Shown here piece after piece: positions 18,649 through 29,421 of a stretch of DNA of 49,555 bases. The position numbers and the translations under genes were made by a program. Position 1 is the stretch's first letter. Every line of letters begins with the position of its first letter. The stretch spans positions 1 to 49,555 of the forward strand of contig JBGCFM010000043.1 of NCBI GenBank assembly GCA_045106895.1. Reading direction: 5' to 3'. The DNA is from Polyangiales bacterium (GTDB taxonomy: Bacteria; Myxococcota_A; Polyangia; Polyangiales; Houyiibacteriaceae). Under the pieces are notes generated by a model that worked only from the letters and a program-made list of their open reading frames with translations, was not told the origin of the DNA and searched no databases.

Positions 18649-19503
18649 GTGCAAGGAGACGACAAAGGCGGTGGGGCGAGCGCGAGCGACGTCCCTCTAG
18701 ATCTTGCGAAGGAGCGGGAAGCGTTCGTTCGTACCTTTCTACGAAAGGGCGTCGAATACACCGAGCTTCTTCTCACAGAGAACAACGATCTTCGTGAGGA
18801 ACTTCAGGCGTCGCTTCGAGAGAACGCTCAGCTCCGTGCTCAGGTAGCCAGCGACGACGCCATCCGTGACCTCCTCAAGACCGTCGACCGTCTTGAGAGC
18901 GAGCGGTCGGAGATTCTAGGCCGCTCTTCTGAGCTCGAGCAGGCCGAGCGAGAGGTCGCGCTGCGTCAACAGAGCGCGGAACAAGACCTAAGCGACCTGG
19001 CCAATCTCTACATCGCCACCTACCAGCTTCACGCGAGTTTCTCTCCGCGGCGCGTCGTGCGCCACCTGCGAGACCTGAGCGGACAGCTCGTCGGAGCGGA
19101 CGGCTTCGTGATCTACCTGGTGGACAAAGCGGCTAGCCAGGCCGTCCCCATCGCTTTCGAGGGGCTCGACGAGAAAGACGTCGTGAGCATCCCCTTGGGC
19201 TCCGGTCCGGTCGGCGAAGCGTGCCTGACGGGGCTACGCTTTGTGCGTGAGACGGACCTTCATGAAGTTCGCGAGCGGCCCGTTGCGATTATTCCGATGC
19301 TTGTCGAAGGCAGAACCATTGGCGCCATTGAGATACGCACGGTTCTGGAACAGAAAACCGCCTGGGCGTCTCTTGATCATGAGCTATTCGAGCTCGTGGC
19401 AAGCCAAGCAGGCATGGCGATGATCGCCGCCAACCAATACGAAGACCAAAGTGGTGGACCAGTGGAAGCGCTGGTTGGATTTGCGGAGAAGCAGCAGAAA
19501 TGA
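18649..19503 (+). CDS. Coiled-coil plus GAF domain protein
   Basis: N-terminal heptad coiled coil, then LANLYIATYQLH, IPLGSGPVGEACLTG, AIIPMLVEGRTIGAI, DHELFELVASQAGMAM. Confidence 0.85.
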   Translation: MQGDDKGGGASASDVPLDLAKEREAFVRTFLRKGVEYTELLLTENNDLREELQASLRENAQLRAQVASDDAIRDLLKTVDRLESERSEILGRSSELEQAEREVALRQQSAEQDLSDLANLYIATYQLHASFSPRRVVRHLRDLSGQLVGADGFVIYLVDKAASQAVPIAFEGLDEKDVVSIPLGSGPVGEACLTGLRFVRETDLHEVRERPVAIIPMLVEGRTIGAIEIRTVLEQKTAWASLDHELFELVASQAGMAMIAANQYEDQSGGPVEALVGFAEKQQK

Positions 19504-19889
19504 CCCAAGAAGCAACATCATGCTTGGTGGTCGAGGATTCGCCGATGATGCGGCAGCTCTTAGTGTTCGCCCTTGCGCGAATCAAAGGGCTCAAGGTCAC
19601 CGAGGCGGAAGACGGCGTGGACGGGCTGCGTAAGCTCGCCGCCCAGCGCTTCGATTTAGTGATCACGGACATCAACATGCCCATCATGGATGGTCTGAAG
19701 CTCGTGAAACGAATTCGCTCGGATGAAGTCCACAAGGACACGCCGATCATCGTGATCACGACTGAAGGCAGCCAAGAGGATCGTCAGCGAGCGATGTCCC
19801 TGGGCGCTACGGCGTACATCACCAAGCCGATCCAGGCGCCGCAGGTGATCGCCCAAGTGAACGCGCTCCTCTCGCCTGACCCCGAGTAG
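19500..19889 (+). CDS. cheY: CheY-like single-domain response regulator (second copy)
   Basis: LVVEDSPMMRQ, TDINMPIMDG, TKPI. ATGA overlap with the GAF gene. Confidence 0.92.
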   Translation: MTQEATSCLVVEDSPMMRQLLVFALARIKGLKVTEAEDGVDGLRKLAAQRFDLVITDINMPIMDGLKLVKRIRSDEVHKDTPIIVITTEGSQEDRQRAMSLGATAYITKPIQAPQVIAQVNALLSPDPE

Positions 19890-19902
19890 TCGTCTCAAAG
19901 AG

Positions 19903-19937
19903 GAACGAGCCGTCGGTGCTGAAACGCCGGTTCGTTC
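19903..19937 (+). terminator. Hairpin just after the che cluster (possible terminator or stabiliser)
   Basis: GAACGAGCCG / CGGTTCGTTC 10-bp stem with one G-U pair; no U-tract. Confidence 0.35.
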
Positions 19938-20028
19938 ACAAGGGTTCTCCGCACGCCTCTTCACCGCCGCCTCCGCATGAGGAGCGAATGCCGAAGGCAG
20001 AGCGCGGTTGCCCCCACGAACTACCCAG

Positions 20029-20129
20029 GATTCTTCGTCCAGCGCGTCGCTAGCAAGGCGCGTAAGGCGAGGGCGACTCTTGTCGCCGAGCCGCAGCGCA
20101 ACGCAGCTAGCGGCGTGCTGGGCGGAGAA

Positions 20130-20131
<2 letters not shown>
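20029..20131 (+). repeat. 103-nt imperfect palindrome (ERIC-like intergenic hairpin element)
   Basis: 26-nt arms at 20029-20054 and 20106-20131 with four mismatches, all G-U on the + strand. Inner GGCGAC-TCTT-GTCGCC hairpin; AAGGCG...CAACGCA flanking motifs. Confidence 0.6.
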
Positions 20132-21131
<1,000 letters not shown>

Positions 21132-21151
21132 GGTCTTGTCAGTCTCTTGGC

Positions 21152-23026
21152 TCAGGCTCGCAGTGCCGGGGGAACGATGGTGTCGCCGTTGATGTGGCGG
21201 TTGATTTCGTCGATGACTTCGGAGATGCGGAACGGCTGCCCTGCGATCTTCTGGAAGCCGTGGGTTTCCACGGCGAGTTCGCCGCGGAGCAACGTGTTCA
21301 TCTGTCCGTTGTTTAGCTCGGCGACGACCACGTTGTCGAAGCTCTCCATGAGCTCCTTGAGTCCGTGGCGAAGCGGCCAGATATTGCGTAGGTGAACGTG
21401 ACTCACGCGGCGGCCTTGGCTGCGGACTTGGCTGACGGCCTGGCTGATGGAGCCGTAGGTAGAACCCCAACCCACGACGAGAAGCTCGCCGCTGTCTTCG
21501 CCTTGCTCGACCTTGATGTCCGGCATGTCGTCGGCGATGCGTGCGATCTTTTTGGCGCGGAGCTTCACCATCGCGTGATGGTTGTCCGGATCGTAGCTGA
21601 TGTGCCCCGTCGTCTGGTCCTTTTCAAGACCGCCGAGGCGATGCATGAGGCCTTCGGTTCCGGGCTTTGCCCAGACCCGTGCGAGGGTGTCTTCGTCACG
21701 CTGGTAGGGGAAGAAGCCTTCCGTCTCTGTGTGGAAGGTGACGGGGAAGGGCTCGTAGGTGGAGATGTCCGGGATCATCCACGGCTCCGCGCCGTTGGCG
21801 ATGTAACCGTCCGTGAGCAGCATGACCGGCGTCATGTACTTCGTCGCGATGCGTACGGCCTCGATGGCTTGCTCGAAGCACTCGCCCGGCGTTGAAGCGG
21901 ACAGCACGACAAGCGGAGAGTCACCGTTTCGCCCATAGACCGATTGGAAGAGGTCGGACTGCTCCGTCTTCGTGGGCAGGCCCGTGGAGGGTCCGCCGCG
22001 CTGAACGTCGACGACGATGAGCGGAAGCTCCGTCGCGATGGCGAGGCCGATGGCTTCGCCCTTGAGCGCTACACCCGGGCCGCTTGTACCGGTGATTCCG
22101 ATGCAGCCGCCAAAGCTAGAACCGATGGCTGCACAGACCGCAGCGATCTCATCTTCCGCCTGAAAGGTGGTGACACCGAAGTGCTTGAGCTTCGCCAGAT
22201 GATGGAGAAGCGAGGACGCGGGAGTGATGGGGTAGGAACCGTAGAACGCCGGAATGCCTGCGAGCTTCGCCCCAGCCGCGAGGCCCCACGCGAGAGCTTG
22301 GTTGCCATCGATGTTGCGGTAGGTACCTGCCGGCAGGTCCGCCGAAGGAACTTGATAGATGCCGATTCCCGGCATCTCGGCGCTCTCTCCATAGATATGA
22401 CCCGCGTTGAGGGCGGCAACATTGGCTTCGGCGATTTTTGGCTTCTTCGCGAACTTCTGCCGCAGCCACGTGACCGTCGACTCGCGCTCTCGTCCGAAGA
22501 GCCAGAACATCAGACCGAGGGTCCACATGTTCTTGCACTTGCCGGCAGATTTCGCGCCGATGTCAAAGTCGCGGACCGCGTTGAGCGTGAGCTTCGTGAT
22601 GTCCAGGTCGAGGACGCGGAACGCACCAAGCTCGTCCGTGTCGAGAGGGTTCTCCGTGTATCCAGCCTTTTTCAGGTTGCCGGCGGTGAAGGCACCGCGG
22701 TTGACGACGAGCAGTCCCCCTGTCTTGAGGTTCTTGATGCTCACTTTGAGCGCCGCCGGGTTCATGGCGACGAGGACGTCTGGCGCGTCACCAGGGGTCA
22801 TGATGTCCGAGGAGGCGAAGTGAATCTGGAAACCGCTCACGCCATACGTGCTGCCTGCGGGCGCTCGAATCTCGGCGGGAAAGTCTGGAAAGGTCGAGAG
22901 GTCGTTGCCCATGAGGGCAGTCGCTGTCGTAAACTGCGAACCGGTCAGCTGCATGCCGTCGCCGGAGTCACCCGCAAATCGGATGACGACGGAGTCTAGG
23001 TTTTCTCGAGGGGCCGTTGTGCTCAT
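21152..23026 (-). CDS. korA: 2-oxoacid:acceptor oxidoreductase subunit alpha (fused gamma-alpha)
   Basis: IRFAGDSGDGMQLTG, PAEIRAPAG, YPITPAS, QAEDEIA, TSGPG, QRGGPSTGLPTKTEQSD. Confidence 0.95.
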   Translation of the reverse strand: MSTTAPRENLDSVVIRFAGDSGDGMQLTGSQFTTATALMGNDLSTFPDFPAEIRAPAGSTYGVSGFQIHFASSDIMTPGDAPDVLVAMNPAALKVSIKNLKTGGLLVVNRGAFTAGNLKKAGYTENPLDTDELGAFRVLDLDITKLTLNAVRDFDIGAKSAGKCKNMWTLGLMFWLFGRERESTVTWLRQKFAKKPKIAEANVAALNAGHIYGESAEMPGIGIYQVPSADLPAGTYRNIDGNQALAWGLAAGAKLAGIPAFYGSYPITPASSLLHHLAKLKHFGVTTFQAEDEIAAVCAAIGSSFGGCIGITGTSGPGVALKGEAIGLAIATELPLIVVDVQRGGPSTGLPTKTEQSDLFQSVYGRNGDSPLVVLSASTPGECFEQAIEAVRIATKYMTPVMLLTDGYIANGAEPWMIPDISTYEPFPVTFHTETEGFFPYQRDEDTLARVWAKPGTEGLMHRLGGLEKDQTTGHISYDPDNHHAMVKLRAKKIARIADDMPDIKVEQGEDSGELLVVGWGSTYGSISQAVSQVRSQGRRVSHVHLRNIWPLRHGLKELMESFDNVVVAELNNGQMNTLLRGELAVETHGFQKIAGQPFRISEVIDEINRHINGDTIVPPALRA

Positions 23027-23194
23027 CACTATTCCTGTCTTCTCACTGGCGCATAGGACGCTAAGCCCCTTGATTCCAGCCGAGAACATCAGTGAGGCAA
23101 CTCCCGGCAAAATCCAGCGCTCCAAGGGCAGTATTGGGCCCTTGTGGCAAAAGGCGAGCGGAAATCGCCTATTCCCATCGGATAGGTCAAGAAT

Positions 23195-23809
23195 GTGAGT
23201 CGTGATACCCAAATCAAAGTCTGTGGACTCACACGTGCCAGCGACGTCGAGTGCTGTGTTCGTCTGGGAGTCGACACCATCGGTCTCAACTTTTGGCCCG
23301 GAACACCTCGTGTGACGACGGCTTCGTTTGCCCGCGAGATGGTGGTCTCATTCCCGAAGCAGGAGTTCGTCGCTGTTTTCGTGAATGCGAGCGTCTCGGA
23401 GATCCAGGCGATCCGAGCAGAGACCGGCATTCGGTGGGTGCAGCTTCATGGAAATGAGACACCCGCCGAGGTGGAGGCTTGTCAGCGCTTTGCGTACAAG
23501 GCCCTGCGCTTGGCGGAGGAGCAGGATGTTCGAGACGCCGCGCTCTTCGGCGGTGAACGCATCTTGGTCGACGCTCGGGTAGAAGGCGCCATGCCTGGTG
23601 GCACCGGCCACTCGTTCCCGTGGGTGTGGGCGAAGTCTCTCAGCGAGCGACGACGCGTGGTGCTCGCCGGGGGGCTCCATCCCGCAAATGTGGCGGACGC
23701 CATTCGAGCGATCGCTCCTTGGCAGGTGGATGTCGCGAGCGGCGTGGAGTCTGCCCCAGGCGTCAAAGACCACAGTCTTCTTCGTCGTTTCGTCGAAGCG
23801 GTCGAATAA
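23195..23809 (+). CDS. trpF: Phosphoribosylanthranilate isomerase
   Basis: [40 protein letters not shown]. Confidence 0.96.
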   Translation: MSRDTQIKVCGLTRASDVECCVRLGVDTIGLNFWPGTPRVTTASFAREMVVSFPKQEFVAVFVNASVSEIQAIRAETGIRWVQLHGNETPAEVEACQRFAYKALRLAEEQDVRDAALFGGERILVDARVEGAMPGGTGHSFPWVWAKSLSERRRVVLAGGLHPANVADAIRAIAPWQVDVASGVESAPGVKDHSLLRRFVEAVE

Positions 23810-23852
23810 ACGGCTGTTCGACGACCGAAAGAGGAGCTACCTCCCAAGCGAC

Positions 23853-25055
23853 ATGGAACCAACCGTCGACCTACCGCCAGGATTCGACCCTTCGAGTGGT
23901 CGCTTTGGCCCCTTCGGAGGACGCTTCGTCGCCGAGACCCTGATGCCAGCCCTTGAAGCGCTGGAGACCGCGTTCATCGCCGCATGGGCTGACACCGCGT
24001 TCCACGACGAGCTCAACGGGCTGCTCCGCGACTATGTCGGCCGGTCAACGCCGATCTACCAGGCGTCGCGATTGAGCGAAGCTGTCGGCATCGACGTCTG
24101 GCTCAAGCGAGAAGACTTGGCCCACACGGGCGCCCATAAAGTGAACAACACGGTGGGGCAGATTCTCCTCGCCGAGCGCATGGGAAAGAAGCGTGTCATC
24201 GCCGAGACGGGCGCTGGACAACACGGAGTCGCGACAGCGACGGCGTGCGCGCTACGTGGCCTTCAATGCGAAGTGTTCATGGGCGAAGAAGATGTCCGTC
24301 GCCAAGCGCCCAACGTGCAACGCATGAAGCTGCTCGGAGCGAAAGTGCATTCGGTGAGCTCCGGTTCACGGACGCTCAAAGACGCGATGAACGAAGCGCT
24401 CCGCGATTGGGTCACGCACGTCGAGGACACCTATTACTGCGTGGGAAGTGCCGCCGGGCCCCACCCGTACCCGTGGATCGTTCGTGAGCTTCAAGCCGTC
24501 ATCGGGCGTGAGGCGCGCGAGCAGTTTCTGAGCACCACTTCGCGCATGCCGGACGCCGCCCTCGCGTGCGTCGGTGGTGGGAGTAACGCCATTGGGCTCT
24601 TCAGCGCATTTCTCGCGGACCGAACACGTCTGTATGGAGTCGAAGCGGCGGGCAGCGGTGTCGAGAGTGGCCACCATGCGGCGACGTTGACCGCGGGGCG
24701 CGTGGGCGTCCTCCACGGCGCGAAGAGCTACGTCCTCCAAACGGATGACGGCCAGATTCAGGAAGCCCACTCCGTGAGCGCCGGCCTCGACTATCCCGGC
24801 GTTGGACCCGAGCATTCCTATTTGAAAGACACAGGCCGAGTCGAGTACCTCGCGGTCACCGACGAAGAAGCGCTGTCGGCGTTTGCTCAGCTCGCCCGGC
24901 TCGAGGGCATCTTGCCTGCGCTTGAGACGTCCCACGCGCTTGCGGCGCTGCCGCAGATCGCAGCCGAACTAGGCGGCCAAGGGAGCGTCCTCGTTTGCCT
25001 CTCCGGCCGCGGCGACAAAGATCTTCAGAACGTCATCGATGCGGGGCTCCAATGA
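23853..25055 (+). CDS. trpB: Tryptophan synthase subunit beta
   Basis: [28 protein letters not shown] (PLP Lys), [38 protein letters not shown]. Confidence 0.98.
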   Translation: MEPTVDLPPGFDPSSGRFGPFGGRFVAETLMPALEALETAFIAAWADTAFHDELNGLLRDYVGRSTPIYQASRLSEAVGIDVWLKREDLAHTGAHKVNNTVGQILLAERMGKKRVIAETGAGQHGVATATACALRGLQCEVFMGEEDVRRQAPNVQRMKLLGAKVHSVSSGSRTLKDAMNEALRDWVTHVEDTYYCVGSAAGPHPYPWIVRELQAVIGREAREQFLSTTSRMPDAALACVGGGSNAIGLFSAFLADRTRLYGVEAAGSGVESGHHAATLTAGRVGVLHGAKSYVLQTDDGQIQEAHSVSAGLDYPGVGPEHSYLKDTGRVEYLAVTDEEALSAFAQLARLEGILPALETSHALAALPQIAAELGGQGSVLVCLSGRGDKDLQNVIDAGLQ

Positions 25056-25858
25056 CGGAAATCAGCCGAGCGTTCTCGGACGCCAAAGCCGAAGGGCGCG
25101 CTGCGCTTGTGCTCTACATTTGTGGCGGCGACCCAAGCCTCGAAGCGACGACGGAGCTGCTCCTCGCCGCCGGTGAGCACGCGGACGTCGTCGAGCTAGG
25201 CGTTCCTTTCAGTGATCCCGCCGCCGACGGTCCAACGATTCAACAAGCGTCCGAACGAGCGCTGGAAGGCGGCGCCACGCTCTACGGCGTGCTCGACTCT
25301 CTGTCCGAGGCGCGAGAGCGAGGTTTCAACACGCCGGTGGTGCTCTTTGGCTACTACAATCCGATCTTCTCGCTCGGCGAGAGCGCCGTCATCGAAAAAG
25401 CCAAAGCCGCCGGCGTGAGCGGGTTTCTCGTCGTCGACCTCCCAACGGAAGAAGCCGCGGACTTCGTCGCGCTACTCCGAGCAGCCCGCATGTCTTTCGT
25501 TCCGCTCGTGGCGCCGACCAGTGACGCACGCCGGGTGCGCGCGGCCGCGGCCCTCGGTGACGACTTTCTCTACTACGTTTCGATGACAGGGGTCACCGGC
25601 TCCGCCCTCGTCGACCTCGACGAAGCGGCCCAGCGGGCTGCTCGACTCGAAACAGAAACAGGTCGCCCCGTCGCGCTTGGTTTTGGTGTGCAGACCCCGG
25701 AGGATGTTCAACGCGTTTCAGCCTACGCGTCGGGCGTTGTTGTTGGCTCCGCGCTTGTGCGGGCCCATCAAGAAAGCTTGCCGAAAGCAAGCGCGCTTAT
25801 GAAAACTCTTCGTGCCGCGACGCCGAAACCCTCGTCAAACTCAGAAAATGACTCATAG
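25052..25858 (+). CDS. trpA: Tryptophan synthase subunit alpha
   Basis: [50 protein letters not shown] overlap with trpB. Confidence 0.97.
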   Translation: MTEISRAFSDAKAEGRAALVLYICGGDPSLEATTELLLAAGEHADVVELGVPFSDPAADGPTIQQASERALEGGATLYGVLDSLSEARERGFNTPVVLFGYYNPIFSLGESAVIEKAKAAGVSGFLVVDLPTEEAADFVALLRAARMSFVPLVAPTSDARRVRAAAALGDDFLYYVSMTGVTGSALVDLDEAAQRAARLETETGRPVALGFGVQTPEDVQRVSAYASGVVVGSALVRAHQESLPKASALMKTLRAATPKPSSNSENDS

Positions 25859-25865
25859 TCCGTCT

Positions 25866-26189
25866 ATGCAGCTCACCAAGATTCTTGCGACCAACCTGCG
25901 CGTGCTCCGTGAACTCCGCGGGCGACTCGGGCAGCTTGAACTCGCGCAACGTGTCGGAGTGTCGCGGCGAACGATCGCACGTCTCGAAAACGCGGAGGTT
26001 GCAGACCCTGGGGTTGAGCAGGTTCGAGCCCTCGCGGGTGAACTCGGTGTGACCTTTGACCTCTTGGTCACCCGTCAGCTCATCTCCACCACGCTGCCGC
26101 TTCCGCTGGAACATAGCCAACGACTCGCCAGCGCCGAAGGCCCGGAGCTCATCGCGCGCATCGTTCGCACTCTCGACGAAGCCAAGTAG
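25866..26189 (+). CDS. XRE-family HTH regulator
   Basis: NLRVLRELRGRLGQLELAQRVGVSRRTIARLENA...LAGELGVTFDLL. Confidence 0.85.
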   Translation: MQLTKILATNLRVLRELRGRLGQLELAQRVGVSRRTIARLENAEVADPGVEQVRALAGELGVTFDLLVTRQLISTTLPLPLEHSQRLASAEGPELIARIVRTLDEAK

Positions 26190-26242
26190 ACCGAAGTCTC
26201 AAAAGTTACGTGGCGAAGACGGTCCTCTCAGCTCGTGCTCGC

Positions 26243-26431
26243 TCAGGGACCCGCTTCAGAAACGCCTGCGTCGGGAACGTCCGTGCTGAGCACGTCCACC
26301 GTGGCGTCCATGCTGCATTTGCAGACCTGGCCCAGGCACTCTTCGAAACCCGGGCAGGAGCCTACTGAATCGTCGTCGCCACAGGCGCCGAGAAGGAGGC
26401 AGACACCGAAGAAGGCCGAAGATATTCGCAT
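26243..26431 (-). CDS. Small Cys-rich lipoprotein (62 aa)
   Basis: MRISSAFFGVCLLLGAC-GDDD lipobox, four further Cys and a PDAG tail; TATCAT -10 lies 7 nt upstream of the ATG. Confidence 0.6.
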   Translation of the reverse strand: MRISSAFFGVCLLLGACGDDDSVGSCPGFEECLGQVCKCSMDATVDVLSTDVPDAGVSEAGP

Positions 26432-26524
26432 CTGACCCATGATACGGAGGTGCTCAGAGTGCACAAGCGCTGGCTCGCTAGCAGCGAGATCATGCGGCGA
26501 TAATGGAGACCAGGTCCGAGAGCG

Positions 26525-27001
26525 TCAGTCGTCCTGAAGCCGCAGGCTGCTCGCCGCGGCACGAGCGATGAGCTCGCGAAGGTCGTCGTCGCCCACGGTG
26601 GCGAGGGCGCGCCCCACGGGCGCTGGCAGATCGCGCCTGGGCCGGCCCTCGGGATCGATGCGTTTGGGGGTGCGCCGCTCAAAGGGGGGCGGCATCGGGC
26701 CCGTTCGAAAGCGGAGCCCGACGACTTGAACGCCCAAGTCCGCCTCTCGCAATCGCTGAAGGATGTCCGTCGACATAAAACTGAGTTCCTGAGCCCACGT
26801 GGAGGAGACGGTATGGACGTGGACGATGCCGTGACGAAAGTGCGCGGGCCGCGCGCGGGCGGCGATTCGAGGCGGGAGCACCGTACACCACCACGCGACG
26901 ATGCGCGCCATGTCCACCTGCGTGGGCACAGGGTGGGCTTTGCGGACTAGATCCGCCAAGGGACGTAACCGGTCCCTTCGTCGTCGCCGCGGCTTTCTCA
27001 C
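26525..27001 (-). CDS. DUF721/DciA family protein (replicative helicase operator-like)
   Basis: W...IAARARP....GIVHVHTVSSTWAQELSF...IL.RL....V.GLRF. GTG start lies 6 nt after TATCCT. Confidence 0.8.
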   Translation of the reverse strand: MRKPRRRRRDRLRPLADLVRKAHPVPTQVDMARIVAWWCTVLPPRIAARARPAHFRHGIVHVHTVSSTWAQELSFMSTDILQRLREADLGVQVVGLRFRTGPMPPPFERRTPKRIDPEGRPRRDLPAPVGRALATVGDDDLRELIARAAASSLRLQDD

Positions 27002-27070
27002 GCCGGTAGGATAGAACGAGGGCGCGCCCAAAGCTATGGCGGCGCTACAGATCTCCGTGCATCCTTGGGT

Positions 27071-29416
27071 GTGTCCCGCTTTTACCTCTCGTCATTGCTC
27101 TTTGTCTGCGCCTGCTCATCACCGATGGGCGACGCCGGGCCGCCTGCCGACGGCGGCGTTGATGCCAGCGATTCCGGACGAGATGTCGACGTCTCCGATG
27201 TTCGCGAAGTCCCGGACACCTCGGTTCCGGACGCGGGGCCCCTGCCGCCCAGCCGTTCCGCGTCTGCCCCGCTCACTCAGTGGGTGGACCCGAGGATCGG
27301 CACCGGCGGCATCGGATACGGGGTTGGCTCAGCGAGCATCGCTCCGCAGCGCCCCTTCGGGATGATCCGGCCGGGCCCTGACACCGGCTCCGAGACGGTC
27401 AACGGTCCCCTGTTCAACCACTGCAGCGGTTACTACGCCGGCGACTCTTACATCTGGGGCTTCTCCCAGATGCGCATGCACGGGACCGGCATCGTCGACT
27501 ACGGCCACATCGCACTCATGCCGATGAACGGATTTAGCGTCGAGGAGACGACGAACATTGGTTACGCCTCTCCCTTCGACAAGTCGAGTGAGCGCGCCGA
27601 AGCAGGATACTACCGCGTCGAGCTGAGCGAGCCCGCCATCGAAGCGGAGATCACCGCCGCGGAACGCGTCGCGCGTTACCGTTTTCACTTCGACGCCGAA
27701 GCCGACGCAGTCGTCCTCGTAGACGCCTCTCACATTCTCATCAGCGAAGAGTTCGACGGCGGTGTTGTGCGCATCGACGCCGCTGCGCGCGAGGTCAGCG
27801 GCTACAGTCAGATTTCCGGCGGCTACTCAGGTCGCTTCGGAGGCGCACGCGTGTACTTCGTCGCTCGCTTCGATCAAACGCCCACCGCCTTTGGAACGTT
27901 TGAAGACGGAATCATTCATGAAGGCGTGACGGAGCACGTTGATGAAGGAGGTGCGTATCTTCATTTCGACGATGCCGCCGTGGAGGTCGCCGTCGCCGTG
28001 AGCTTTGTGGATGTTGAGCATGCTCGGCTCAACTTGGCCGCCGAAGATGTTCCCTTCGACACGATGCGCGAGGAGGCAGACGCGGCGTGGGAGTCGCTGT
28101 TGTCGCGGGTTCAGATCGAAGGTCGAAGCGATGATGAGTTTCGTCGCTTCTACACGGCTCTCTACCAGAGCCTGCTCATGCCGACGCTCGCGAGCGACAC
28201 CGACGGAACCTACCGCGGCATCGATGGCGAAGTTCATGAAGCGGATTTTCGCTACTCCACGGACTTCTCTCTATGGGACACATTTCGAACTCAGACACCG
28301 CTCCTCGGCTTGATCTACCCGGACCTTTTGGAAGACCAGCTGCGCTCGCTGCTCCGAATGGCGGAAGACGGCGGATACGTTCCACGTTGGCCCCTCGCTC
28401 ACGGGTTCACTGGGGGAATGGTCGGCGAAAGCGCCGACGTCGTGTTTGCGGACGCGTTCTTCCGCGACGTCCCATTCGACCTCTCGGCGGCCTATGCGGC
28501 GCTACGACGCACCGCCTTTGCACCACCGGAAGGTGACGCCTACGGCGGACGTCGTGACCTCGTCGGGTATATGGAGCGCGGCTTCGTCGCGAGCGATGCG
28601 GCGAGCTGGTCCGTCAGCGCAACGATGGAGTTCGCCTACAACGACGCGTGCCTGGCGACGCTCGCTGAGGCCGCCGGCGAATCGGGCGACGCCGCCGTCT
28701 TGCGAGAGCGCGCAGGTGCGTGGCGAAACGTGTGGGACGAAGAACGCGGTTTCTTCCTTGGCCGTGATTCTGCTGGAACTTTCGACCCGGATTTCCGTGA
28801 AGACAATTGGCGTCACTACTACGCCGAAGGAAACGCGCGGCAATATCTTTGGTACGTCCCTCACGACTTGAACGGACTTCAGGAGCAGCTCGGTGGTGCC
28901 GACATCTTGCGCACCCGCCTCGGCGCGTTCTTCGAGTCGAGTCTCTCGCATACACAGACGCTGCTCCCCTCCCCCTACTATTGGCAGGGCAACGAACCCG
29001 ATATCCACGCGCCGTGGCTATTCTCGGCGTATGGCGACGTCGACGCTTCGCTTCGCTGGACTCGATGGGTCGCGGAGACGTTCTATGGCCTCGATGCAGG
29101 AGGCCTGCCCGGAAACGACGACTCGGGCACCATGAGCGCTTGGTACGTCTTCGCGTCCCTGGGAATTTACCCCATCGCAGGCACTGACACCTGGATCTAC
29201 TCCGCGCCAATGCTCACGGAAGCCGTCATCGAACGCAGCGCAGGCACCCTCACGATTTCGGCGCCGGAGGCGAGCGGACGAGTCCGGCACCTTGAAGCTC
29301 TCACCCATCATCCCCTCGTCGGCGACGCCCAAGAGTTCTCCGCAGGCCGTTTCCAGCATGGAGACATCGCCGGCGGTGGTGAGCTGGTCTTCTCGCTGAG
29401 CGAGCAGACCGAGTAG
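27071..29416 (+). CDS. GH92 family glycoside hydrolase (alpha-mannosidase), lipoprotein
   Basis: WVDPRIGTGG, PFGMIRPGPDT, SLWDTFRT, YAEGNA, GNEPDIH, PGNDDSGTMSAWYVF; lipobox VCAC. Confidence 0.93.
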   Translation: MSRFYLSSLLFVCACSSPMGDAGPPADGGVDASDSGRDVDVSDVREVPDTSVPDAGPLPPSRSASAPLTQWVDPRIGTGGIGYGVGSASIAPQRPFGMIRPGPDTGSETVNGPLFNHCSGYYAGDSYIWGFSQMRMHGTGIVDYGHIALMPMNGFSVEETTNIGYASPFDKSSERAEAGYYRVELSEPAIEAEITAAERVARYRFHFDAEADAVVLVDASHILISEEFDGGVVRIDAAAREVSGYSQISGGYSGRFGGARVYFVARFDQTPTAFGTFEDGIIHEGVTEHVDEGGAYLHFDDAAVEVAVAVSFVDVEHARLNLAAEDVPFDTMREEADAAWESLLSRVQIEGRSDDEFRRFYTALYQSLLMPTLASDTDGTYRGIDGEVHEADFRYSTDFSLWDTFRTQTPLLGLIYPDLLEDQLRSLLRMAEDGGYVPRWPLAHGFTGGMVGESADVVFADAFFRDVPFDLSAAYAALRRTAFAPPEGDAYGGRRDLVGYMERGFVASDAASWSVSATMEFAYNDACLATLAEAAGESGDAAVLRERAGAWRNVWDEERGFFLGRDSAGTFDPDFREDNWRHYYAEGNARQYLWYVPHDLNGLQEQLGGADILRTRLGAFFESSLSHTQTLLPSPYYWQGNEPDIHAPWLFSAYGDVDASLRWTRWVAETFYGLDAGGLPGNDDSGTMSAWYVFASLGIYPIAGTDTWIYSAPMLTEAVIERSAGTLTISAPEASGRVRHLEALTHHPLVGDAQEFSAGRFQHGDIAGGGELVFSLSEQTE

Positions 29417-29421
29417 AGAAC

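Noticed and set aside
21132..21470. Long N-terminal extension of korB in the ORF track (also the extensions on korA, trpB, fabG4, Crp, the 34508 ORF, ccmH and rlmKL)
   Set aside because: These extensions overlap neighbouring genes or promoter regions, and family homology begins at the downstream starts I used.
23027..23194. trp attenuator or leader peptide upstream of trpF
   Set aside because: No Trp-rich short ORF or terminator/antiterminator pair is visible. The region is a divergent promoter shared with korA.
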